From a virus (Duplodnaviria; Heunggongvirae; Uroviricota; Caudoviricetes): a stretch of DNA of 64,000 nucleotides. The notes beneath the pieces were generated by a model. It ran no database searches, was not told where the DNA came from, and saw only the letters and a list, made by a program, of their open reading frames with translations. The stretch lies in the IMG/VR virus record IMGVR_UViG_3300031992_000020; one strand, 5' to 3'. Made by a program: the position numbers and the translations under genes. This document shows, one piece after another, positions 22,261 through 33,335 of the stretch (positions are counted from its first letter, which is position 1; every line of letters starts with the position of its first letter).

Positions 22261-23439
22261 TCAACCGAATATAGAAGCTAATGTACACTCTGATGGGTTT
22301 TTATCATCACGAACGCGTTTAAAATGAAAATGTCTGAGTGTATGTGCTGTTCTATCTTTCTCCATTCCCGCAAGTTCACATACCTTGCCAACATATGATT
22401 TAAGATTGGCTTTATCGTCATCAGTTAATCCAGATGAAACTGTTCCAATAGAAATGAGTTTTCCTTCTGAATCATATGCGCCGATGCGAATTGCCGTATC
22501 CCAACCATAATACCATGCTTTTGTTACTGGTTTAGTTTCATATCCAGGTCCGCGCACTCGCTCAATCTGTCCAACAGGACATTTCTCATATAGTTTTGTA
22601 AAAGGACCAGAAGGCTCTTCTTCTGTATGAAAAATTGCCCAATATGGCCATTGATCAACATCTGGACCAATACCATTTTTACCAAGATCTAATTTTCCAT
22701 CATAAAGCATTGTCGCAGGTTCTGTACCAATAATTACAGCATCACAAGTATCTGTCTTTTTAATTTTGATGGTATCCCACGCTGGTCGCTTGCCAGGTGT
22801 ATATGGAGCAGTCCTCTTTTTAAGTACCATTCCCTCTTCACCTGCGGCAAGTGCAGCAGCCACAGCCTCTTGAATATTATCATCAACTCTTTCAGCAAGT
22901 TCTACAAGAGGAGCGCCTTCTTCCCAAACAGCATGAAATGAATATTTATAATAAACCAATTTCAAAAGATCATAACGTACATCTGCTCTTACTTTTGTTA
23001 AATCATGTCCATTGTAATAAATCATATCATGAACATAATAATGTAGATGCCCATATTCCCCATTTTGTCTTTCAATAGCTAATTCTGGAAGAGCACCCAT
23101 AATTGGTGTTACATCTTTACTTCTTTTACCAGGATAATAAATTTCACCAATAATAACAGTACCATTCGGCACTCCTTCAAGAGCTATAATAATTTCAGGT
23201 ACATTTGCAGATTTTTCAGTTAAAGTGCCTGTGAGCTTAGACACATTTCGGCTCCAAAGATACATATTGCCATCCATATCTTTTTCAAATTGATACCAAT
23301 ATCCATCTTTTTTCAACTGCGCGAAATACTCACCAGAAGCACAAATAGAGGGAAAGAGTGATTCTTTTCCCTCTGGGATTTTATTTATTTTCATTGGTTC
23401 TATACAAAGTGGTGTAGCCATATTATACCCTCGTCGCAC
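22261..23439 (-). CDS. ATP-dependent DNA ligase
   Basis: KxDG adenylation motif (LKKDGYW). Confidence 0.75.
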   Translation of the reverse strand: MRRGYNMATPLCIEPMKINKIPEGKESLFPSICASGEYFAQLKKDGYWYQFEKDMDGNMYLWSRNVSKLTGTLTEKSANVPEIIIALEGVPNGTVIIGEIYYPGKRSKDVTPIMGALPELAIERQNGEYGHLHYYVHDMIYYNGHDLTKVRADVRYDLLKLVYYKYSFHAVWEEGAPLVELAERVDDNIQEAVAAALAAGEEGMVLKKRTAPYTPGKRPAWDTIKIKKTDTCDAVIIGTEPATMLYDGKLDLGKNGIGPDVDQWPYWAIFHTEEEPSGPFTKLYEKCPVGQIERVRGPGYETKPVTKAWYYGWDTAIRIGAYDSEGKLISIGTVSSGLTDDDKANLKSYVGKVCELAGMEKDRTAHTLRHFHFKRVRDDKNPSECTLASIFG

Positions 23440-25864
23440 TTATTAAATTATTGTCTTTAATTAACTTAATCGTTGAACTTGTCCTGGATCCAAGAGTAAT
23501 GTCATCTGTACTTACACATATAGATCCAGTGCTGCCGCTAAGTAACAAGCTTCCAGAGCCTTCACCGAGGTATACTCCCGTGCAGATCTTGCCTGAATGA
23601 GTAATTTTAAGACCTTTGCCAGCTCTGTTCTGTTTAGTGAATTCATTGACCATAATTCTCTTCCCTGTTCCGTCGCTACAACCAATGAAAATCTGCCCGT
23701 TGGCATTGTTGATATTATTCGTCCCTGTCGATCCGAGATTGAATCCCACGGCTGCTTCATCGTCACTCGCAAGTTTGATTCCTTGAACGCCGACAGAAGT
23801 TCTTCCAGTAGCTCCAACTGTTGCTCCATCAAAACGAATACCCATGCCTTCCTTTGTTAATATAACAATATCACTATTGTCTCCAACCCAAACACTTATA
23901 ATTGCATCGCCTTCGCGCAAATTGAGCGCTTGAACACCGGCTTTACGTTTCGTTCCAATATATTCAGACAGGTTTGTCTTTTTAACTAAACCGCGTTTAG
24001 TGATAAACCAGACGAACTTTCCAGCATTTTCTGTTCTTGCAACTGAGGCGACTGCGGCCACTTGTTCCGTAGGTTCCATCTCCACTAACGTAGAAATCGC
24101 TACTCCACGTGTAGTTTGTGTTCCTTCTGGAATTGTATCTACACCAACTCTGTAAACTTTACCTTTGTTTGTAAAGGCTAACAATACATCCACTGTATTA
24201 GTTTCAATAGTAGCTAATGTGATATCATCTTGAGTTTTTACTCCTTTTCCGTTACGCTTTTGTACCTTAAAATTCTTTTTTGGCACACGCTTCACATTAC
24301 CGGCCTCTGTAACGACTACGACAACATCTTCCGGCACGATCTGAGCAATTTCTTTTTCTTCTTTTGTAACTTCAATGTGAGTAACTTTTGTTCTTCGCTC
24401 ATCAGCGAATTTATTAGCGAAAGCCTGCAATTCAGAGATTAGATCATTTTTGAAGATAGTTTCATCATTTAAACGTTTTACAATTAATGCTCTTTCTTCA
24501 TCTTTGTCTTTTCTCTCTTGTTCAATAGCCAACTTTTCCATATTGGCTAATCTGCTTAAAGTCATTCCAAGAATTGCATCTGCCTGTTCAATAGTGAAAT
24601 TGTATCTTTTCATTAACGCAGTATGCGCGGCAATCTTATCCTTGGATCCTTTAATTAATTTAATTACATTATCAATATCATCAAGAGCAGTACATAATCC
24701 ATCTAAAATATGGAGTCTTTGCTCTAATTTTCTTAATTCAAAATTATTTCTGCGGCGATATACTTCTTCTTGATGCAAAGCATAATACTTAATAATATCA
24801 ACTAAGGTAAGCTGTTTCGGCACTTTGTTTACCAGAGCAACCATGTTAACACTGAATGACGTTTCCAAATCAGTTAATTCATATAGCCTATTGGCTATTA
24901 CATCTGCGTTAACACCTTTTTCCAGTTCCACAATGAACCGTATTCCTTCTTTATTTGACGCGTCAAGTATCTCTCTAATTCCATCCAACTTTTTGGATTC
25001 ACAGAGCTCGTCAATTGATCCAGCCAACTCTTCCTTAGAGACTTTATAGGGTATTGAAGTAAATACCAATCTATCACGTTTATCGGCAGTTTGTTCGACG
25101 ATATATTCTCCGCGTAAGCGTACACGTCCCTTGCCAGTCTTATAGATGCCTGCGAGTTCCTTCTGGTTGATAATACAACCACCCGTTGGGAAGTCCGGCG
25201 CCTGAATGATATCTGCAAGCGCCGCATTGTCCGTCGCAGTTCCCCTAATGTATGCGGTGATTGCATCCATGACTGATCTAAGATTATGAGGGGCAAAATT
25301 GCATGCCATTGCGACAGCAATCCCAGTTGTTCCATTGCACAAGAGATTTGGGAATAATCCTGGAAGATATACTGGCTCATTTGAAGTTTCGTCGAAGTTT
25401 GGGATCCAATCAACTGTGTCTTTTTTGATTCCATCAAGTGTAGCCTCACTTATTTTGCTCAATCTACATTCAGTATATCTCATTGCGGCAGGCGGGTCTC
25501 CATCTCGGCTACCATTGTTACCATGGAATTCAATAAGCGGATATCGCATATTCCATGGCTGACTTGCGCCGACTAATGCGCCATATATCGAACTATCACC
25601 ATGCGGATGGTACTTGCCCATTGTGTCACCAACAGGCCGCGCGCACTTTACATAATTTTTATCGCTTTTATAGCCACTTTCAGCCATACACCAAAGGATT
25701 CGCCGCATAACAGGCTTTAATCCATCTTCTACTGCGGGAATTGCTCGATCTGTGATTACTGAAAGTGAATAATCAAGAAAGGATTGTTCAACCTCTTGGA
25801 CTATTGGGGCTTGAATAATATTATCCACAGTTACACGCCTTTCTAATCCTTTTGATTGTTTCAT
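23423..25864 (-). CDS. type II DNA topoisomerase, GyrA/ParC-like subunit
   Basis: YHPHGD active-site region; 813 aa. Confidence 0.85.
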   Translation of the reverse strand: MKQSKGLERRVTVDNIIQAPIVQEVEQSFLDYSLSVITDRAIPAVEDGLKPVMRRILWCMAESGYKSDKNYVKCARPVGDTMGKYHPHGDSSIYGALVGASQPWNMRYPLIEFHGNNGSRDGDPPAAMRYTECRLSKISEATLDGIKKDTVDWIPNFDETSNEPVYLPGLFPNLLCNGTTGIAVAMACNFAPHNLRSVMDAITAYIRGTATDNAALADIIQAPDFPTGGCIINQKELAGIYKTGKGRVRLRGEYIVEQTADKRDRLVFTSIPYKVSKEELAGSIDELCESKKLDGIREILDASNKEGIRFIVELEKGVNADVIANRLYELTDLETSFSVNMVALVNKVPKQLTLVDIIKYYALHQEEVYRRRNNFELRKLEQRLHILDGLCTALDDIDNVIKLIKGSKDKIAAHTALMKRYNFTIEQADAILGMTLSRLANMEKLAIEQERKDKDEERALIVKRLNDETIFKNDLISELQAFANKFADERRTKVTHIEVTKEEKEIAQIVPEDVVVVVTEAGNVKRVPKKNFKVQKRNGKGVKTQDDITLATIETNTVDVLLAFTNKGKVYRVGVDTIPEGTQTTRGVAISTLVEMEPTEQVAAVASVARTENAGKFVWFITKRGLVKKTNLSEYIGTKRKAGVQALNLREGDAIISVWVGDNSDIVILTKEGMGIRFDGATVGATGRTSVGVQGIKLASDDEAAVGFNLGSTGTNNINNANGQIFIGCSDGTGKRIMVNEFTKQNRAGKGLKITHSGKICTGVYLGEGSGSLLLSGSTGSICVSTDDITLGSRTSSTIKLIKDNNLISATRV

Positions 25865-26396
25865 CTACTGGATATTTCTTCATAGAATAATCCAAAAGGA
25901 TTTCACTTAATTCTATATTTATTTTATCATTTATTTCATCAATTTTCAACTCGTGATCATTTTTATCTATAATAATTGCTCCTGTTGCTAATTTATCAGC
26001 AATTTCATTATATGTATGACCACTATGACCCTTAACTTTTTCAATAGATACATAAGGATTTTTGAAAAATGGAATCAATAGCTCCCAAAGCTCTTTATTA
26101 GCCACAGGCTCTTTCTTACTATTGATCCATCCATTATTTTCCCAATTAATATACCATTTATCATTATAGCAGTTTACCAAATATGCGCTATCACTATAAA
26201 TAACACAAACTGCGGAAGGTTCATATTCACTCCAAAATTTGAGCGCTTCATATGCTGCTCTGAGTTCCATTCGTTGATTGGTTGCATTTGGCTCTGTGCC
26301 TTGCAGCCGCATAATTTCTTCACCATAATGTATGCCAATAACGCCCCAACCACTACGACTTTTCGTTGCAGAGCCATCTGTGTAAAACTCAATCAT
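25821..26396 (-). CDS. rnh: ribonuclease H
   Basis: RNase HI-like acidic catalytic residues (DGS..G...E..E..A). Confidence 0.75.
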   Translation of the reverse strand: MIEFYTDGSATKSRSGWGVIGIHYGEEIMRLQGTEPNATNQRMELRAAYEALKFWSEYEPSAVCVIYSDSAYLVNCYNDKWYINWENNGWINSKKEPVANKELWELLIPFFKNPYVSIEKVKGHSGHTYNEIADKLATGAIIIDKNDHELKIDEINDKINIELSEILLDYSMKKYPVDETIKRIRKACNCG

Positions 26397-28324
26397 ACGT
26401 CAATATTCGCTCTAAAAGCGTTCTCCTCAATAAATTTTTTACGCATAGTTGCTGATTCGCCCATTAATGCGTTAAATGTATTACTTGCAGCAACCACATC
26501 TTCCATTGTAATTCGTTTTAATGTTCTAGACGCTGGCGCCATCGTTGACTCTGCTAACTCATCAACTGACTGCTCGCCCAAACCTTTAAAACGACGAAGT
26601 TCATAATTACTGCCAGGATTGTTTTTACGGTATTCAGCAAGAGCAGCATCATCTTTAATATAGAATGAGTTTTTACCCTTGATAATTCTATATAGCGGAG
26701 GCACTGCCGCATAAATATATCCTTTTTCAATCAACTCTGGGCAAAATTTCCATATAAATGTTAAGAACAAACAACGAATATGTTCACCATCAACATCAGC
26801 ATCGCTCATGATGATGATTTTGCCATAACGAAGTTTAGATTCATCCAAAATAACCTTATTGTTTTGAATTTGCAATCCAAAACCAACAATCATAGATTTA
26901 ATTTCTTCGTTGGCCATTGCCTTTGATAAATCCGCTTTAAGGACATTAAGAATCTTACCTCTGATAGGAAGGATCGCCTGGGTATCTCGATTGCGAGCTT
27001 CTTTTGCCGAGCCAGCTGCTGAATCTCCTTCGACGATAAAGACTTCGCAATCACTACGTTTCCTATTTGAACAATCCGCCAATTTCCCAGGTAATGTAAT
27101 GCGATTAGCCTTTCCTGCGACACTCCGAACAGTTTCCTTAGCTTTACGGGCTTTGTCACGAGCTGTTCTTGCGAGGACAGCTTTTCCAATAATTGCTTTT
27201 GCATCTTTCTCATGTGCATTAAGCCAGTCAGCGATGGATTGTGAGCAAAGTCGCTGAACAACAGTTCTTCCTTCTGCACTTGTTAAAACTCCTTTTGTCT
27301 GTCCACTAAATACTGGATCGGGCATCGTTAAACTTAAAACAAGAATTAATCCTTCTTTTAAATCTTCACCTGTGAAGTTTTCATCTTTTTCTTTCAATAA
27401 ACCTTTTGCTCTTGCATATACATTAATCGCTTGTGTAAAAGCTGTGCGGAAGCCAGTTAAGTGAGTGCCTCCTGTGTTCGGTATACTATTTGTAAAGATA
27501 CGATATGTATCACTAAATTGATCGGTATATTGGAGGGCTACCCGTACTCTCATTCTATTTTCAATATTCTCTGCATAGAATGGAATAGTTAATTTATTCT
27601 TTCCTTTTGTTAATGAATCAAGATAATCAAGAAGTCCATTCTCGCTGAAAATCTCTTCTGTCTCTTGGCCATTGGAAAGAGTAAAATGCAATCCCGGAGA
27701 CAAATATGCTAATTCCCAAAGTTGTTTGCGGATTCGGTTATAATCTGCATTTAAATCAACGTCTTTAAATATCGTTTCATCAGGAATAAATTGCACAATT
27801 GTTCCATGTTCAATTTTATCAGTTGCATATTTTTTAGGGTCTCGCGCACGAACTTCAAACTTTACAAGTTCGCCTTTTGCAAATAAAGCATATGCACGCT
27901 TATTATCTCTAAAACTTTCAACTGAAAAAAGACTTGACAATGCATTGGTCGCTTTTGCGCCAACACCATTCATACCACCAGAAGTATTATACCCACTATT
28001 GCCATCGCTATCGAACTTAGCGCCAGTATGCAACTTAGTATAAATATTAACCAGGACTTCTTCGCCCTCATCATTCTTACCAAAGGGGACTCCTCGGCCA
28101 TTGTCAGCCACGATAACCCGAGGCCCATCAAGACTAACAGATATCCGATCACAAGCACCAACCAAGTACTCGTCAACTGCATTAGAAATAATTTCTAGCG
28201 TAATCTGCCACACACCTTCGGCATCGACAGCGCCAATATACATTCCAGGGCGAGTACGGATGGCTTCCATACCTTCAAGTGTTTTTATGTCTTTAACGCC
28301 ATAATCTAATTCTGGAATAGCCAT
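26393..28324 (-). CDS. type II DNA topoisomerase, GyrB/ParE-like ATPase subunit
   Basis: GHKL ATPase and TOPRIM motif EGDSAGG. Confidence 0.85.
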   Translation of the reverse strand: MAIPELDYGVKDIKTLEGMEAIRTRPGMYIGAVDAEGVWQITLEIISNAVDEYLVGACDRISVSLDGPRVIVADNGRGVPFGKNDEGEEVLVNIYTKLHTGAKFDSDGNSGYNTSGGMNGVGAKATNALSSLFSVESFRDNKRAYALFAKGELVKFEVRARDPKKYATDKIEHGTIVQFIPDETIFKDVDLNADYNRIRKQLWELAYLSPGLHFTLSNGQETEEIFSENGLLDYLDSLTKGKNKLTIPFYAENIENRMRVRVALQYTDQFSDTYRIFTNSIPNTGGTHLTGFRTAFTQAINVYARAKGLLKEKDENFTGEDLKEGLILVLSLTMPDPVFSGQTKGVLTSAEGRTVVQRLCSQSIADWLNAHEKDAKAIIGKAVLARTARDKARKAKETVRSVAGKANRITLPGKLADCSNRKRSDCEVFIVEGDSAAGSAKEARNRDTQAILPIRGKILNVLKADLSKAMANEEIKSMIVGFGLQIQNNKVILDESKLRYGKIIIMSDADVDGEHIRCLFLTFIWKFCPELIEKGYIYAAVPPLYRIIKGKNSFYIKDDAALAEYRKNNPGSNYELRRFKGLGEQSVDELAESTMAPASRTLKRITMEDVVAASNTFNALMGESATMRKKFIEENAFRANIDV

Positions 28325-28356
28325 CTTTTCATCCTTTCTCTACTTTTTCTATATAT

Positions 28357-28384
28357 ATTATAACATATTTTTTTTATTTTGCAA
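28357..28384 (-). promoter_or_regulatory. sigma70-type promoter TTGCAA-16-TATAAT
   Basis: reverse complement reads TTGCAAAATAAAAAAAATATGTTATAAT. Confidence 0.5.
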
Positions 28385-28412
28385 AGTTCTTGTTAACAAC
28401 AGCAAAAGGAAA

Positions 28413-28432
28413 GGGAGAGTTTTAACTCTCCC
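28413..28432 (-). terminator. terminator hairpin GGGAGAGTTTTAACTCTCCC
   Basis: palindrome followed by a T-rich tract downstream of the phoH2 stop. Confidence 0.55.
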
Positions 28433-29693
28433 CATGGATTTTCGCTGCAAGTTGAGCTACCTCGCTACGTTCAGATTTTTGAAGTTCAATAGATCCGAAC
28501 AGAGGATCACCTTTTAAGCTATGCAATAGTGAAGCAATACCACTGTTCTTTCGGAAAATATCAGAGTCTGTTTGTGATTCATCACCCAAAAACCAAACCT
28601 CACTATCCTTTTCTGCGCGAGATATAATTAATTTAACATTATCAGTTGTAAGATTCTCGGCTTCATCTACAAATATAATGCTATGTTGAAAATTACGTCC
28701 GCGCAAATACCCTAAATGTATCGGCTCAATTTCATCATTCTCTATTGCTTGGATAAGAGCTTCTGGACCTCCCAAGTGATCCGCCAGCGGCATTAACCAA
28801 GGCATTAGTTTATCATCTTGCTCACCCGGCAACGCGCCAAGTCTCTATGACCCGGCAACTTCAACGTTATTTCTTACATATACGATTTTATCAAAAGTGT
28901 GCCATTTGACATAATTCATTGCATGAACTAAAGCTAAAAATGTTTTACCAGAACCAAATTGTCCTCTTACTACTTTGACAGGAATCTTTCTGTTTTGTAG
29001 TAAGTCAAATAACATTTTCTATTGATCATTTAATGGTTTTACTTGACCAAAATAATCACTGTTTTGATTCTTGTATTTAATTACTTCATTTTTACTTCCA
29101 TCCCATTTAACTAAATCAACAATTTCGTCGTTTAACTTTAAAGCCGCATATTCATTAATCTCTAAGCCAATAGTATTGGTCTCAGGATGCTCATAATAAT
29201 TGGCTAATGCCTGTTCATCGGATCCAAAGTCAATTTCTTTGTATCCTTTCCAAAGTCCTTCTCTGTGCGCTGTATCTTTATAATAAATAGGATTTATAAC
29301 ATCTATAAATTTGCACGCAAGAAAATATTGAGAAGAATCCGATGTAATAAATTCAACCCTTTCCTTAATCTTGCGTGCAGTAATCACAGCTTCACAAATT
29401 AATATACTATCATTATTATCTTGCAAGTCTGGAGAATGTGTTAATAATTTGTTAATAACTCTCCAATTACTTTTTGGCTCTTGCCATAGATCCTAATGAT
29501 CCATTAAATAGCGAATTAAAACGCGTGCTTTATATTTGATTGCTTCATCCTTTTGAAAGGATGTTTTGATATTTTCTAATTCTGAAAAAACAATTGTACT
29601 AATATAATTTACATCTTCGGTATTTAACTTATAACCAGCTAATAAAGCACTTGTATCAAAGAACTTAACTGTTTGCTTCAATGCTTTCATCAC
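28422..29693 (-). CDS. PhoH2-like protein (N-terminal PIN domain plus PhoH ATPase) in one reading frame with 3 in-frame TAG codons
   Basis: track ORFs 29493..29693, 29019..29426 and 28422..28832, plus a start-less PhoH N-terminus with Walker A GQFGSGKT, are all in one frame joined by TAG at 29493-95, 29019-21 and 28845-47. Confidence 0.6.
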
Positions 29694-30294
29694 CCTTACT
29701 ATTTGTTACACCTATGATTTCATCAACGAATCCATATTCCAGCATATCGTTGGCATCAAAGAACCATTGCTTGCGCTCATGCTCTTTGTATTCTTCTTCG
29801 GTCACTTTAGTATGGGATGTAATAAACTCACGTACTTTATTATCGACTCTTTTGTTAAAATACATTGCATCTTCAACAGAAAGAGATTCTCCGCTAAATG
29901 CAGTGCTTCCAGCATGAAGCAAGGCATATGAATATGGATAACATTTACGAGTAACATTTGGATTGTGCGCACCTGCCGCAAGGATAATTGTGCCCATGCT
30001 AGCCGCATAACCAAGAACAATAACGTTTAATGGTTTCGTATATTGATCTATAATATTACACAAAATGAATCCATCACTGATTGATCCTCCTATTGTTGCC
30101 AATATTAATGTAACAGGATCATTGCTGCTATCCTTCTCAAAATCCATCAAAGGAATAACAACACGCTCGATTATATTTTCATCCACCTCTTGATTAAAGA
30201 TGATGGTGCGATTTTCAAGCAATTGTGTAAAATATTGATAAGAGGCAGGATCAATAGACTATACATTCAATAGTGCAGTTAAATCTTCTAACAT
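29665..30294 (-). CDS. clpP: ClpP-family serine protease with one in-frame TAG (30259-30261)
   Basis: strong RBS AAGGAGG then ATG at 30294; frame continues through TAG into the ClpP core. Confidence 0.65.
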
Positions 30295-30304
30295 AAGTTC
30301 CTCC

Positions 30305-30718
30305 TTACAACGCCAAAACTTCTTTTGGAAGATGTTGGCGTAATTGTAGCCATTCATCAACAGTACCAGTAATAACTTGAATATTAGGCGCATACCGTTC
30401 CTTAAATTGCAAGATTGCTGGGAGTTCAGAATCTCCACAATCTTCCGGTAGTGAACGAATCCTATTGTTTTCCCATTCTATAATAAATGCACGGGATAGC
30501 CAGAATTCAGTTCCTCTGAATGGCATATCTTTAATCCAAGGATATACTGACGGCCAATGTATCCAAACGTGATCTTTTACAATATGATTAAAGAATACTT
30601 CCCAACGATCCTCATGGCAAAGTCCATGTCTAATAAAATTATTAGTTAGAATTTGCTCGTGATTCTCTAAGTTTGGTATAAAGTCTGTCTTTTTCTGAGA
30701 TAGTTGTTCGAAGATCAT
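30305..30718 (-). CDS. hypothetical protein
   Basis: ORF track. Confidence 0.35.
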   Translation of the reverse strand: MIFEQLSQKKTDFIPNLENHEQILTNNFIRHGLCHEDRWEVFFNHIVKDHVWIHWPSVYPWIKDMPFRGTEFWLSRAFIIEWENNRIRSLPEDCGDSELPAILQFKERYAPNIQVITGTVDEWLQLRQHLPKEVLAL

Positions 30719-31076
30719 TTCTTGTACTCCTTATTAAGTATTTCATTTCATCAATATCACGTTGCACATACTGTATCTGCTTTCGCAAATAATAGCACTC
30801 ACTAGAAGAACAATCGCCGCAGTTTTGTTCAAAAATATTATAAAGATGTTTTAGAGTTTTTAATTGAATTTTATATTCGTCTCTTCGATCACACATTTCC
30901 CGTAGCATAGAACGCGTATAAGCGTAATGCTGACCAGTTAATTTGTTTTCAAAATCGTAATCATGCGGGTGGCATTGAGCCGTGCCGATGTAGAGTTTAT
31001 TATGCACCAGCCGTCGGCATGTCGTTCGGTGCAGCTCTGGGTCATAATCAAATGTGATTTTGGGATCAGTAATCAT
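30642..31076 (-). CDS. hypothetical protein
   Basis: ORF track. Confidence 0.35.
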   Translation of the reverse strand: MITDPKITFDYDPELHRTTCRRLVHNKLYIGTAQCHPHDYDFENKLTGQHYAYTRSMLREMCDRRDEYKIQLKTLKHLYNIFEQNCGDCSSSECYYLRKQIQYVQRDIDEMKYLIRSTRNDLRTTISEKDRLYTKLRESRANSN

Positions 31077-31223
31077 AATAAATCTCCTTTTGCTTCACTA
31101 TATGTATATTATAAAATAATTTTTCACATAAGTCAACCCATTTGCTCGAAAAAATTGCTGGGGCGATCGCGGGGCCAGAAATGATCGTGAACGCTGGTCA
31201 CTTAAAAATAGGTACAACAAAAA

Positions 31224-31252
31224 GAGCCTATCAGTTTTGATAGGCTCTTTGA
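31224..31252 (-). terminator. rho-independent terminator (AGAGCCTATCA/TGATAGGCTCT then T tract)
   Basis: 11-bp stem just downstream of the SPFH gene stop. Confidence 0.65.
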
Positions 31253-31265
31253 CATTTATATTCAA

Positions 31266-32714
31266 TTACTGTGCGGCCTTAGTCCCAAGATAGCTTCCAA
31301 TGATCTGAGCAACGTCAAGTCCAGTCGCTTCCTTGATACCATCAATTACCTGCTGCGAAGTGGCAGTTACACCACTGATAAGCTGAGTCTGAGCACCTTC
31401 ACCATACAGAACGATCTTATCGACGTTTTCCATAGGTTTAGCCGCAGCCGCAATAGCTTCAGGCAGCATCTGGAAATACATTTCCAAAACAGATGCTTCG
31501 CCCATCTTTTTCTGCGCTTCGGCTTTCTTGTCAATACCCTTAGCTTCTGCAAGGCCCTTCGCGCGAATACCTTCGGCCTCAGCATTATACTTAGCCGCAA
31601 TACCAGCAGCTTCGGCTTCGGCTGCATACTTTTCAGCATCAGCCTGTGCTTTACGAGCTTCAGCAGCCAACAATGCCGCAGCTTTTTCTGCTTCTGCACG
31701 CTTCAACTGTTCATAAGCCTTAGCTTCGGCTTCCTTCTGGCGCTTAGCCAAGTCAGCTTCTGCGGCACGCTGTGCCTTATACAAATCAGCATCAGCCTGC
31801 TTACGGACAATAGCATCAAGTTCCTTCTCTTTCAGAGCGATCTCTTGATTTTTCAGTTCAACTTCACGCTCAGCCTGAGCGATCTGCGCATTAGTCTTAG
31901 TAACATCCAGAGCTTTCTGCTGATCAGCCTTCTGAATATCATAAGCCATATCTGCGGCAGCCTGTTTTACCTGCGCCTGTGCTTTCAGTTCTGCGGTCTT
32001 CATATCGAGAGCAGTATTCTGTTCTGCAATCTGAGTAGCAGCAGCAACCTGAGCTTCATTAGCTTCACGCTTGTTCTTGGCCTGCTCGATCGCAACGTCG
32101 CGCTGTGCATTAGATTTAGCAATTGCCGCATTTTTCTTGATCTGCTCGACATTATCAATACCGAGATCATCAATTACGCCGTTCTCATCGCGGAAATTCT
32201 GAACGTTGAAAGAAACAAGCTCCAAGCCCAATCTCCGTAGATCAGGTACTGCATTCTCTTGTACCTTTTCAGAGAAAGCTTTACGATTGCTTACCATTTC
32301 AGTAAGTTTCATCGTACCAGTGATTTCACGCAAGTTACCTTCCAGCAAGTCGTTAATCCGTGCCGCGATTTCTTCACGCCCAACATTCAAGAAGTTTTGT
32401 GCGGCAACTTGAATTAAATCTGGATCTTGACTTACCTGTACAGATACCGTAGAATCAATCTTAACATTAATAAATTCCGCGGTTGGTACTGACGAACTGG
32501 TTTTTACATCAATTTGAAATGCGCCAAGATACAATTTATCCAAGCGTTCAAAGAAAGGAAGTTTAAAACCAGCCTTGCCGATGAGAATTCTTGGTTGCTT
32601 GTGCATACCAGAAATAATATACGCCATATCGGGCGGAGCTTTGGTATATGCAGAAAGCCCAAAACCAAGAATTAGTAACAGTAAAGCACCAACTATAATG
32701 TAAGTTACTAGCAT
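31266..32714 (-). CDS. SPFH/band-7 (flotillin-like) membrane protein
   Basis: N-terminal TM helix, SPFH core, long Ala/Glu/Lys-rich coiled coil. Confidence 0.7.
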   Translation of the reverse strand: MLVTYIIVGALLLLILGFGLSAYTKAPPDMAYIISGMHKQPRILIGKAGFKLPFFERLDKLYLGAFQIDVKTSSSVPTAEFINVKIDSTVSVQVSQDPDLIQVAAQNFLNVGREEIAARINDLLEGNLREITGTMKLTEMVSNRKAFSEKVQENAVPDLRRLGLELVSFNVQNFRDENGVIDDLGIDNVEQIKKNAAIAKSNAQRDVAIEQAKNKREANEAQVAAATQIAEQNTALDMKTAELKAQAQVKQAAADMAYDIQKADQQKALDVTKTNAQIAQAEREVELKNQEIALKEKELDAIVRKQADADLYKAQRAAEADLAKRQKEAEAKAYEQLKRAEAEKAAALLAAEARKAQADAEKYAAEAEAAGIAAKYNAEAEGIRAKGLAEAKGIDKKAEAQKKMGEASVLEMYFQMLPEAIAAAAKPMENVDKIVLYGEGAQTQLISGVTATSQQVIDGIKEATGLDVAQIIGSYLGTKAAQ

Positions 32715-32732
32715 ATTTACTTTTTTCTCCTT

Positions 32733-33335
32733 TTACTCTTGCGGGTAGACATTATAGATACCAGTAGGAGCAATAGGAAGTCTACCCAAAGCATCCCATC
32801 TGTTCCTTATATCTGTAATTACCTCGTCGATATGCACAGGCGTACTATTATGTGAGTCCATACCGACGTGGTACATAAAAGGGTTGTCAGCAAACAACCA
32901 ATTTCCTTTTTGATGCGTGTGTCCATGGAGATTGATTACATGTCTGCTGAAATGTTTATCATCATGGTTGGCAGTCAGGACAGGATAATGGCATAGAAAC
33001 AGCGAAAGTTTGCCGAACTTTATAAGTTCGCTGGTATGTACATTAGTGTCAGCCAATTTCCCTGTCGCGGCGATGTCGCGCAACTTATTATCGGTGTCGT
33101 GATTCCCTCGGATTAGGTGAATCGTCCCATTTAGGCGCTGAAGAATACTAACATCATAGTGACTCATCAGCACGTCACCCAGATGATAAACTGTGTCATT
33201 CGGTTTTACTACGCTATTCCAGCGTTCTATAATTGCCTCGTTCATCTCATCAAAAGATTCAAAACCACGAGGCTTATAAAGGAAGTCTTGGACATGATAG
33301 AAATGAGTGTCCGATGTAAACCAAATCTCACTCAC
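32733..33335 (-). CDS. metallophosphoesterase
   Basis: calcineurin-like motifs GD..D..GNHD. Confidence 0.55.
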   Translation of the reverse strand: MSEIWFTSDTHFYHVQDFLYKPRGFESFDEMNEAIIERWNSVVKPNDTVYHLGDVLMSHYDVSILQRLNGTIHLIRGNHDTDNKLRDIAATGKLADTNVHTSELIKFGKLSLFLCHYPVLTANHDDKHFSRHVINLHGHTHQKGNWLFADNPFMYHVGMDSHNSTPVHIDEVITDIRNRWDALGRLPIAPTGIYNVYPQE

